Shown one piece after another: positions 8,756-16,840 of a stretch of 30,367 nt of DNA. Within the stretch, counting starts at the first letter, position 1, and the number at the start of each line of letters is the position of its first letter. The stretch is taken from IMG/VR virus record IMGVR_UViG_3300036885_000228, positions 1-30,367 of that record. One strand, given 5' to 3'. Under the pieces are notes generated by a model. The model was not told where the DNA came from and searched no databases. It saw only the letters and a program-made list of their open reading frames with translations. The DNA is from a virus (Duplodnaviria > Heunggongvirae > Uroviricota > Caudoviricetes). The translations under genes were made by a program, and so were the position numbers.

Positions 8756-9178
8756 ATGCCTCGTGGATATCGTAAAGACGGTACTCCTCTGGGATTCAGA
8801 GGTGGTAAACAAAAAACAATTAGAGTGACTGGTCATGATGGTAAGATCTTACCTATTGATGAAAAAGGAAAAGTAATAGAAAAGCCAGTTGAAGTAAAAA
8901 AGAAAGTAGAAGATATCATAAAGACTAGAGACGTCAAAGTTGTAGATGATACAATTGCTGATGTTTCTGACATAATTGAAAAAGGAAAAGTATTTTGTAA
9001 ATGTGGAATTCAAATTTGTGAAAAGAATCCAGGAGAAATAAGTCCAGCAAAGAAAATGAATGTGATGACACAGGAAGGATATGTCATGATAATGTGTACA
9101 TGTGGAAAGATTACAAAAGTAGCTAAAGATTATCCAGGTCTTTCGATAATGCAACCGGGATTCAAGAGAATTTATTAA
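8756..9178 (+). CDS. Hypothetical protein with C-terminal Cys pairs (zinc-ribbon-like)
   Basis: FCKCG...MCTCG. Confidence 0.7.
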   Translation: MPRGYRKDGTPLGFRGGKQKTIRVTGHDGKILPIDEKGKVIEKPVEVKKKVEDIIKTRDVKVVDDTIADVSDIIEKGKVFCKCGIQICEKNPGEISPAKKMNVMTQEGYVMIMCTCGKITKVAKDYPGLSIMQPGFKRIY

Positions 9179-9194
9179 TAGGTGGAATATAAAT

Positions 9195-9752
9195 ATGTCA
9201 ACAATATTTTTAAATGAAAAGGAATCTTCTTTTGCTAAAGCATACAAAGAAAGTCTTTCTTCTGAGATAACAAAAGGTGGTCCAGGAAGTGGTGGAGCAA
9301 GGGAAGGAGCAGGTAGACCTTCTGGAAGTACCAGTGAGAATGGAGGGGGAAATCACGGTATGAGAGATGAAGAGATTGAAGATAAGTATGATAGGATGAA
9401 TTCTTCAGAACAGAGAGAATATGATAGATTAAATAATAGTGATAATCCTTCAGAACAAATACAGGCACAATCAATGATTGAAAATGTAGAAGATGAAGTT
9501 CCGAGTTGGGCAGAAGATGCAGATGAAGAGGAGGTTGAAGTAGAATTATTATCTAGTGGTCAAAGTGTACCGGTAAATATTACTGAGTCAATGAGAGAAG
9601 CATTTGGTGATTCAAGAAGTGCAAATGAAGCAGTTAATAGATTTTTAGATGACCCAAGTAATGCTAAATGGTTCGATGACAAATATAGTGGAAATGAATT
9701 TGATCTAAAACATGATATTGAAAACTTAGTTAATCCACGTACTAGAAGATAA
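9195..9752 (+). CDS. KGG-motif protein 2 with acidic body, putative internal head/cargo protein
   Basis: SFAKAYKESLSSEITK followed by GGPGSGGAREGAGRPSGS; D/E-rich remainder. Confidence 0.75.
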   Translation: MSTIFLNEKESSFAKAYKESLSSEITKGGPGSGGAREGAGRPSGSTSENGGGNHGMRDEEIEDKYDRMNSSEQREYDRLNNSDNPSEQIQAQSMIENVEDEVPSWAEDADEEEVEVELLSSGQSVPVNITESMREAFGDSRSANEAVNRFLDDPSNAKWFDDKYSGNEFDLKHDIENLVNPRTRR

Positions 9753-9762
9753 AGAATAATGT

Positions 9763-9945
9763 ATGGAAAAGCAACTAAAACAACTTTGGTTAACTGATGA
9801 AGAAGCAAGTTTAATTGAAATAGTACGTAAAGTGCTATGGGGTGAAGTAGATGTAATTATTAAAGGAGGAGAGATTAAGTATATCAAAAAGGTGGTTGAG
9901 ACATTCGTTTTTGATCGCGATACTAATAAAATTAAAAAAGAATAA
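9763..9945 (+). CDS. DUF2292/YezD-like small protein
   Basis: LI..VR.V.WGEV.VIIKGGEI..I pattern. Confidence 0.55.
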   Translation: MEKQLKQLWLTDEEASLIEIVRKVLWGEVDVIIKGGEIKYIKKVVETFVFDRDTNKIKKE

Positions 9946-9946
9946 T

Positions 9947-10000
9947 AGAATATACATATTATATATATAGATTCATCTGAGGTCAATCTGATGACATCAA
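9947..10000 (+). promoter_or_regulatory. Bipartite repeated element, copy 1 (AGAATATACAT-N13-hairpin)
   Basis: Near-identical to 21960-22013; sits upstream of the tRNAs and portal. Confidence 0.6.
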
Positions 10001-10008
10001 TTATATAG

Positions 10009-10079
10009 CAGGGTATGGTATAAAGGAATTACGTCTGGTTTGGGACCAGATAATCGTGGTTCGATTCCACGTGCCTTGA
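10009..10079 (+). tRNA. tRNA-Pro (anticodon TGG), CCA not encoded
   Basis: Acceptor CAGGGTA/TGCCTTG, anticodon arm TCTGG-TTTGGGA-CCAGA, T arm CGTGG-TTCGATT-CCACG. Confidence 0.9.
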
Positions 10080-10085
10080 CAAAAT

Positions 10086-10158
10086 AGCAGGGTAGAGAAA
10101 TTGGAATCTCGCTTGGCTCATAACCAAGAGATTATCGGTTCGAGTCCGATCCCCGCAA
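10086..10158 (+). tRNA. tRNA-Met (anticodon CAT), initiator-like, CCA not encoded
   Basis: Anticodon arm CTTGG-CTCATAA-CCAAG, T arm ATCGG-TTCGAGT-CCGAT, 1:72 mismatch; only two of the three initiator G-C pairs in the anticodon stem. Confidence 0.9.
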
Positions 10159-10188
10159 CTAATACAAATTAAGGTGGCATAAATTACT

Positions 10189-13100
10189 ATGGAAGATGTA
10201 GAAAAATTTATAATAACAAAACAATCCGAGGGAGTTGTTGACACGATGAAAAATGCTTCGGTCAATATTAAAAAAGCAATCTCTGATAGAGGAGAACCCC
10301 GTGCTTTAGTTCTTGACCCGGGAAAACTTTTTTATCGTACAACCGAGAAGGGAATTCGTAAACCTACTAGAATTACATTCCAGACTCTTAGGAGAATGTC
10401 AAAGGCAGTTCCAGTTGCTCGTTTATGCATTAACACTCTTAAGCATAAAGTCACACAAACTCCTTGGTCAATTAAACCAAAGAAGGGAGAAAAACAGGCA
10501 GATAAAGAACATAGTCGATTAGTTGAAGAGTTATTGACTAATCCAAATCGAAACCGTGAAACATTTAGAACTTTTCTTGATAAAGTTGTAGAGGACTTAT
10601 TAGTATTAGATGCTGGGTGTTTTGAGAAAGTAAAAAATAAAGGAGGAGAACCATGTGAGTTATATTACGTCGATGGGTCGACGATCAAACCGATGTATGA
10701 TATTCATGGAATATTGGGAGAACCGGCATATGTACAATTCATGCCAATGAACTCCGCAAATATACCTGATGCCGAATGGGATTATGATGAGTTCGTTTAT
10801 ATGATGCAAAATCCCCAAGCAGATATTCAGAACTTTGGGTATGGTTTATCTCCACTTGAAGGAGTGATAATGGTTGCCACGAATGCATTAAATGCAGATA
10901 ATTACATGGGACAATTCTTTGATGTTGGTACTCTCCCGCCGAAACTTATAAATTTAGGAAAAGATGTCTCACCAAGTGAAGTAGAATTATTTAGAGCAAT
11001 ATGGAAATCTGAAATAGAAGGAAAGCCCTGGAAAACTGCTATTACTGGAGGTAGTGAAAAAATGGAAGTTATCGACATGGGAAATGGCAAACCTGCAGAT
11101 ATGCAATTTGAGAATTACCAGACCTGGTTGATGAAACTAATGTGTGCCGCTTATGAGATAAGTCCTCAAGATATTGGAATGACTGCAGAAATGGGATTGA
11201 ATAGAGCATTAGGAGAAGTCCAGCAAAATATTTCAAACAATAAAGGATATCGTACAATATTAAATGTATTGAAAGAAACAATAAACATGCAAATTGTGCA
11301 TGAATGGTTTGACTTTAATGATGTTGAATTTGATTGGGTGGGATTAGACAATATTGATCAACTTAATGCAGCAAATATTTTTAATATCGAAAGTAAATGT
11401 GGTGCAACTTCAATCAATGAATATAGAATATCAAAAGGATTAGAACCAATTAAAGGAGGAATTAGTCCTTTCATTATAACTGGTACTGGACAAATTTCAA
11501 TTGATTCAACACCTCTTGATGATATTGATGAAACCGAAGTTATTGCAGAAGAAGAAAATGTAGAAGCACCAGTTGCTGAAGAAGGAGAACAAATTGATGA
11601 AACAAAAGACACATCAAAACCTAAAGTTGAAGAGAAACATATACATAAGGAAGGTGAAAGATCTACACAATTAGATGATATCCGAGGATTAAGAAGTGAG
11701 ATAGGATATGTGACACCAAGAAGTATGGATGATTCAAGTGATTCTGAAACAACTTCAAAATCCTGGGTTGAAAAGAAAGTTCATACTCCTGATGATTATA
11801 TTTGCTGGGTTGATGACAGAGGATTTGGTCAACCATTTATTTTTACTGATAAGTTTGGAAAGAATGGATATGTAATCAAACCTCCAGTTGCAGTGAATAT
11901 CAATGCAATGGAGAAAGAAGTACAAATTACTCATGAAATGAATGATGCTGGATTGAATGTTTTACCAGTTGACATAATGACACCAAAAGATATAAATGAA
12001 TCATTGTTTCCATCTATAAAGATTAAACAAGAATTTGAGAATTATCAATTGATGACTCCCGAATATGATAGTAAGAAATGGGAAGCTAAATTTGGACATT
12101 CAAGAGTTTACGACAAATATAGTGTAATGCAATACATCAAAGGAAGGATATTGAATGATTCTCTACAATTAGAAGACATGAAGAGAGTTCCTGATGAATA
12201 TCAAAAAGCAATTTTAGATTTAGTTGCATTGTGGAAATATGAGAAAGAAAAAGGAATGGGAGATAGAAGAGCAAATCAATATATCATAACTCCCGATAAG
12301 AGAGCTTATGGTTTCGACTATCAGTTTGATGGTAATGAAAAAGCTTGGGCTAAATATGAGTTTAGTATTCCAAAAGCTTTAGCAGGAATCCCAAAACTCT
12401 ATGATGCTTTTATGCGGGAGTCTGGATTAGAAGTTGAGGACATGAAGAAATTTATTACCAAAGGTGGTGAAGGATCAGGAGGTGCACGTGAAGGAGCTGG
12501 TCGTCCTGCAGGTTCTGGAAGTAAAGAAACTTCAGAAGTATTAACTCAAATAAACGTAGGTGGAAAATTAGTCGATATCACTAGAGAAAATTATAATGAG
12601 CATCGCAATTTGTTAACAAGAAGAATGAGACAGGAATTAGATATTAAAACTGAATATGTTCCGCCTTGGAAGAAATCAATCGAAAAAGAAACTAAGATAT
12701 ATACTGAATCTGATGCTTCCAGAATTGGAGATGAATTAGGAGTAAATTGGGCACAAACAGATGTTAATGAATTTGTAACGGGATTGAATGAAGAACAGGA
12801 ACATAAAGACGTAATTGGTGATGACGAAAATTTATTAGGTAAAATTGTTCTTGCACACTTGAATGAAAAACCAGATTATTATACCAGATTAGAAGAGGCA
12901 ATGAGTAAATCTAAAAAAAAAGTAGATGGGAAGGATATTTTGCATAATGGTTGTGGGTGTGATGAATGTAAGAAAACAACTAGAATAAAAACAGAAAAAG
13001 CAATTAAGAACGATGAACATTGGCATGATTTCTGGCACAAGAAGGTAAGTGTTCCAGAAACTAAAATGATTGCACATTTAAAGACACAAAGCAAACAATT

Positions 13101-13860
13101 AAAATCAAATATGGCAAGAGTAATTAAAGACGAACTAGTTACTCGAAAAGCTATAGTTCCAGATAATGTTCTTACTGAATCTGCAAATGCGGTTCCTGAT
13201 TCTGATATTGCACTTAAATACACAAAGACAATGGATAAGATGTATAAGAGTGCATTTGAGATTGGTATAGATAATTTTCTCGTAAAAGCAGAAGACCAAT
13301 TAAAGCATAAAGGAATTACGAAAGAGATGCTTTATGAGATAGTTGGAAAGAAAAAAATATCAAAAGCAATTGAACGTTCAGGATTGTATGACAAATTAAA
13401 AGAACGAGGAACGAATTTAATCACAACAGTAGTTGGTAATAAGCAAAAGAAATTAGTTTCTTATATTCAGGATAGATCAGATAAAGGAGATCCAATGGAT
13501 GAGATATCTAGTGATGCTATGGAAAAATTTGCTCTCCCATTAGAAGATTATGAGGTTGAATGTATTGCAAGAACTGAAACTGCCTGGGCAGCAAATCAAG
13601 GATCATTAGAAGCAGGAAGTGAATTAGGTATTGATAATTTCGAAATAATTTTAGACCCTGATGTCTGTCCAGGTTGTCAAGATGCATATGAAAAATCAAA
13701 TGGAGAAGGAGATGTATTTACCAGTGAAGAATTATCTGACATTGGTGAACCTCCACTTCATCCAAATTGCAGATGTATAGTCGAACCATATATTGATGCA
13801 GACAATTTAGATGATTTAGCAAATAACATAATCGAACAGGCTGGTGGTGATCCTGAATAA
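10189..13860 (+). CDS. Portal protein fused to a kinase-like domain, KGG motif, DUF5661-like domain and MuF (Phage_Mu_F) head morphogenesis domain
   Basis: N-terminal HK97-type portal motifs (LYYVDGSTI, FGYGLSPLE, YEISPQDIG, SINEYR). C-terminal IARTET...CPGC...PPLHPNCRC is MuF. Middle domains are described under findings. Confidence 0.9.
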   Translation: MEDVEKFIITKQSEGVVDTMKNASVNIKKAISDRGEPRALVLDPGKLFYRTTEKGIRKPTRITFQTLRRMSKAVPVARLCINTLKHKVTQTPWSIKPKKGEKQADKEHSRLVEELLTNPNRNRETFRTFLDKVVEDLLVLDAGCFEKVKNKGGEPCELYYVDGSTIKPMYDIHGILGEPAYVQFMPMNSANIPDAEWDYDEFVYMMQNPQADIQNFGYGLSPLEGVIMVATNALNADNYMGQFFDVGTLPPKLINLGKDVSPSEVELFRAIWKSEIEGKPWKTAITGGSEKMEVIDMGNGKPADMQFENYQTWLMKLMCAAYEISPQDIGMTAEMGLNRALGEVQQNISNNKGYRTILNVLKETINMQIVHEWFDFNDVEFDWVGLDNIDQLNAANIFNIESKCGATSINEYRISKGLEPIKGGISPFIITGTGQISIDSTPLDDIDETEVIAEEENVEAPVAEEGEQIDETKDTSKPKVEEKHIHKEGERSTQLDDIRGLRSEIGYVTPRSMDDSSDSETTSKSWVEKKVHTPDDYICWVDDRGFGQPFIFTDKFGKNGYVIKPPVAVNINAMEKEVQITHEMNDAGLNVLPVDIMTPKDINESLFPSIKIKQEFENYQLMTPEYDSKKWEAKFGHSRVYDKYSVMQYIKGRILNDSLQLEDMKRVPDEYQKAILDLVALWKYEKEKGMGDRRANQYIITPDKRAYGFDYQFDGNEKAWAKYEFSIPKALAGIPKLYDAFMRESGLEVEDMKKFITKGGEGSGGAREGAGRPAGSGSKETSEVLTQINVGGKLVDITRENYNEHRNLLTRRMRQELDIKTEYVPPWKKSIEKETKIYTESDASRIGDELGVNWAQTDVNEFVTGLNEEQEHKDVIGDDENLLGKIVLAHLNEKPDYYTRLEEAMSKSKKKVDGKDILHNGCGCDECKKTTRIKTEKAIKNDEHWHDFWHKKVSVPETKMIAHLKTQSKQLKSNMARVIKDELVTRKAIVPDNVLTESANAVPDSDIALKYTKTMDKMYKSAFEIGIDNFLVKAEDQLKHKGITKEMLYEIVGKKKISKAIERSGLYDKLKERGTNLITTVVGNKQKKLVSYIQDRSDKGDPMDEISSDAMEKFALPLEDYEVECIARTETAWAANQGSLEAGSELGIDNFEIILDPDVCPGCQDAYEKSNGEGDVFTSEELSDIGEPPLHPNCRCIVEPYIDADNLDDLANNIIEQAGGDPE

Positions 13861-13865
13861 TAAAT

Positions 13866-14129
13866 ATGGAAGACAAGAATATTACACGACAAGAATGCTT
13901 CGAAAATCACAAAATGATAAACGAAAAGTTAGATAAGATTGACGAAAAAGTCAATGCTTTAAAAGTGCAGGTAGTCCAAATACCAGAGAAGATTCTTGAA
14001 AAGACAGATTTAAAATATGTAGAAAAAGCAGAATTCAAAACTGTACAAAAAATTGCTTACACTTTAGTGGGAGTAATTTTGTTAGCTGTTCTTTATGCAT
14101 TATTACGAAACATTGGGTTGACATTATAA
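13866..14129 (+). CDS. Coiled-coil protein with C-terminal transmembrane helix (holin/XhlA-like)
   Basis: Heptad-like INEKLDKIDEKVNALK; TM segment IAYTLVGVILLAVLYALL. Confidence 0.55.
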   Translation: MEDKNITRQECFENHKMINEKLDKIDEKVNALKVQVVQIPEKILEKTDLKYVEKAEFKTVQKIAYTLVGVILLAVLYALLRNIGLTL

Positions 14130-14178
14130 ATTTATTCATGTATGTCAATTTATAAAAAGACATACTAATCATAATAAT

Positions 14179-14403
14179 ATGAAAGTAATCACAAATTTTT
14201 TAGAAGGTAAGAAGACTTACATCGTGTGTGCTGCGACGATTATCATTGCAGTATGTCAATTCTATTTGAAAGACATCAATGGTACGTATGCTATTTCTGA
14301 AATTCTTGCAGCTTTAGCAGCCGCTGGAATTCGTAATGGTATTACTACTCAAATTGATGCTATCAATAGTCTCATTGCTATTAAGGGACCTGAAACGAAA
14401 TAA
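14179..14403 (+). CDS. Putative holin
   Basis: FLEGKKTYI motif followed by two hydrophobic helices and AAG.R.GI. Confidence 0.6.
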   Translation: MKVITNFLEGKKTYIVCAATIIIAVCQFYLKDINGTYAISEILAALAAAGIRNGITTQIDAINSLIAIKGPETK

Positions 14404-14430
14404 ATTAAATAGTCGGTGGATATAAATATT

Positions 14431-16509
14431 ATGGGAGAAAATGATTTCAAGAAATTTTTTAAGGAGACATTATCGACTGAATCGATAATTGAAAAAGCAA
14501 GTAAAGGAATTCAATTTGTCTTGGGTTTCCCTAAAGGTGGGGAAGGTTCTGAAGTTCAATCTGTTCTTTTCGATAAGGATAATTGGACAACAGCAACTGC
14601 TCAGGCTTGGTTAAAGTCTCATGATTTTTCTGGGACTGAAGTAGATGAAAAAGAAAATACATTGAGGTTTAGACAGAAAGATCCGGGAAAGTATACGAGA
14701 TTTGCAACTATTACTCCTGGAACTAAGAAGCAAAGAGATTTCATGGATTCAATTCAAGATGACAAGACTAAGAAAATGGATGGTAATGATACATACGAAG
14801 GAGGCAATGGTGGGAATGTTGATTCATTAGAACAACCACACAAACCATTAAAACCTGGTCAGAAAACACCTGCTACAAAAAAATCAATTATTGATTTATC
14901 TGAAGTTGAAGAGTTTAAGAAAACTGGTGGTGCTCCATTTCAATTCTTTATTGAAAAAGCAAGCATGTCAGAGAGTGGAGAAATGCAAACAGTGATTGTT
15001 AGAAAGATCGACGGTACTGTTTTGAGAAAACAACAGTTACCAGAACATTTATATGTTGAAGGATTAGCTACGACAACGAATGTCGATCATGATCAAGAAA
15101 GAATGTCTCCAGAAGCTATTCAAGCAATGGAGGCTGAAATAAATAAAAACGGTGTGCCTCTTATCTCTGAACATTCAAAGGAATGGGACGGTGTATTAGG
15201 CAAGGTGTTCGAGGCAAGAGTAGATGACAGAAATCAATTACACATAAAAGCTGAGTTAGATAAAGATATGTCTAAATCAGTTGATTTATACAACGCCCTC
15301 AAGAAAGGAGCTCAACTCGGTCTGTCCATCGCAGGCATAGTTAAGAAAGCTGGACTTGAAATGGTCGAAGGGGTTGGAAAGAAATGTAAGACATTTTATG
15401 ATGTCTTGCTAAAAGAAGTTAGCGTCACTGGCAGACCAAGCAATTTCGATACCTGGTTAGTTGCTAAAGGAATTGCTAAATCAAGAGAAAGTGGGTTATA
15501 CGACAAGTACCTTAATACAGATTCGTATCAAGAATATTTGAAGTCAAACCCTCGGCTTGATTGGCAGTATTCAATTGCAAAGTCTGTTCAAGATGATGTG
15601 CTAAATAAAAACATTTTAAATATGGATGTTATAAAGAAAGAAGAAACTTCAGCGGACGTTAAGCCTGCTGAAGAGAAAACAGAAGAAGTGAAGGAAGAAG
15701 TAAAAGTTGAAGATACTAAAGCTGAAGAAGTGAAAGTAGAGGAAGTCAAGACTGAAGAAGTTAAAGCTCCTGAAGCTGAAACTGAAAAAGCTGAAGTTGA
15801 AAAAGATACTGTTGATGCAGACATTGAAAAGTCAGTTAGTGAACAAGTTGCAAAAGCGAAAGCTGAAACAATTAGTTCTGCAGTTGACGAAGTTGTTAAA
15901 TCGAGAATCGGAGCTATTGCTGCTAAAGCAAAAGCAATTGCTATGAAGCATTTAGACAATGCTTTTAAAGCGATGGGTGGTGATGAATCCGAAACAACTT
16001 CAGACACTGAAGATACTGAAACTAAACCTGCTCCTGCAAAGAAAACAAAGAAAGCTATTGCTGACAGTTCTACTTCAGAAGACACTTCAACTGAAAAGGA
16101 AATGGATTCTGATACAGATTCATCTGAAACAGAAACAAAACCTGCAGCGAAGAAAACCCAAAAAGCTAAACCTGCTCCAAAGACTGAAGATACTGATACA
16201 ACTGAAACTGAAGATGATGAAAGTGAAACCACTTCAAAATCTTTTGTTCAAGCAATCGTATCTGGAGTTACTGCAAATCTTGAAAAGAAACAAATGAGAG
16301 TCATTGGAAATCTTCAAGAAGCAGTAGAAAAGATGATGCAAGTGCCAAATGCTCGCAAGGGTATCGCAATTGCAATGGAGAAGAAGTTTGTTGGTAATGC
16401 AATCGAAGAACAAGTTGAAGAGGGAAAAGTTGAAAAATCCGAAGGAGTTAAAAAGACTGAATCCTTCCAAGATTATTTCAAGACTAATTTTTCCTCAGAG
16501 AAAAAATAG
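14431..16509 (+). CDS. HK97-type prohead protease fused to an acidic scaffold region (start ATG 14431 or GTG 14416)
   Basis: LYVEGLATTTNVDHDQE, LISEHS (catalytic His), GLSIAG (catalytic Ser), EVSVTGRPSN; long E/K/T/D-rich repetitive C-terminal half. Confidence 0.9.
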   Translation: MGENDFKKFFKETLSTESIIEKASKGIQFVLGFPKGGEGSEVQSVLFDKDNWTTATAQAWLKSHDFSGTEVDEKENTLRFRQKDPGKYTRFATITPGTKKQRDFMDSIQDDKTKKMDGNDTYEGGNGGNVDSLEQPHKPLKPGQKTPATKKSIIDLSEVEEFKKTGGAPFQFFIEKASMSESGEMQTVIVRKIDGTVLRKQQLPEHLYVEGLATTTNVDHDQERMSPEAIQAMEAEINKNGVPLISEHSKEWDGVLGKVFEARVDDRNQLHIKAELDKDMSKSVDLYNALKKGAQLGLSIAGIVKKAGLEMVEGVGKKCKTFYDVLLKEVSVTGRPSNFDTWLVAKGIAKSRESGLYDKYLNTDSYQEYLKSNPRLDWQYSIAKSVQDDVLNKNILNMDVIKKEETSADVKPAEEKTEEVKEEVKVEDTKAEEVKVEEVKTEEVKAPEAETEKAEVEKDTVDADIEKSVSEQVAKAKAETISSAVDEVVKSRIGAIAAKAKAIAMKHLDNAFKAMGGDESETTSDTEDTETKPAPAKKTKKAIADSSTSEDTSTEKEMDSDTDSSETETKPAAKKTQKAKPAPKTEDTDTTETEDDESETTSKSFVQAIVSGVTANLEKKQMRVIGNLQEAVEKMMQVPNARKGIAIAMEKKFVGNAIEEQVEEGKVEKSEGVKKTESFQDYFKTNFSSEKK

Positions 16510-16840
16510 TTAGTAGTATATAGGAATATATGAATGTCACCTCTACTGTTTATAGTAAACAATCTGAGGTCAACAGACATATACTAGATATTGACAATAC
16601 AATAAATATATTGGGCGAGAACCTCCCAAACTGGATAGATAGAATTTCTATCAACGAAAGTAAAAGCCAAATTGGTAGTTCTTAAATAGTGATTCGTTGC
16701 TATATGTCAAAACTTTGATATGTAATAGGTCGACAAAGCAATGTAATGCCACGAAAGTGGATAAATTACGCAAATAGATAAAACGAGTTCTTTACAAATA
16801 ATCTTAATGATTTGTACTAAATCAAAAAGATTTAAAACAA

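Noticed and set aside
9988-10000. CTGATGA hammerhead-like core in the repeated element
   Set aside because: No stem II plus GAAA follows, and the second copy reads CAGATGA.
10029-10265. Minus-strand 78-aa ORF
   Set aside because: It is the antisense of the two tRNAs.
15588-16232. 214-aa minus-strand ORF
   Set aside because: Ser/Val/Ala-rich antisense shadow of the repetitive scaffold codons (GAA/ACT/GCT); no independent signals.
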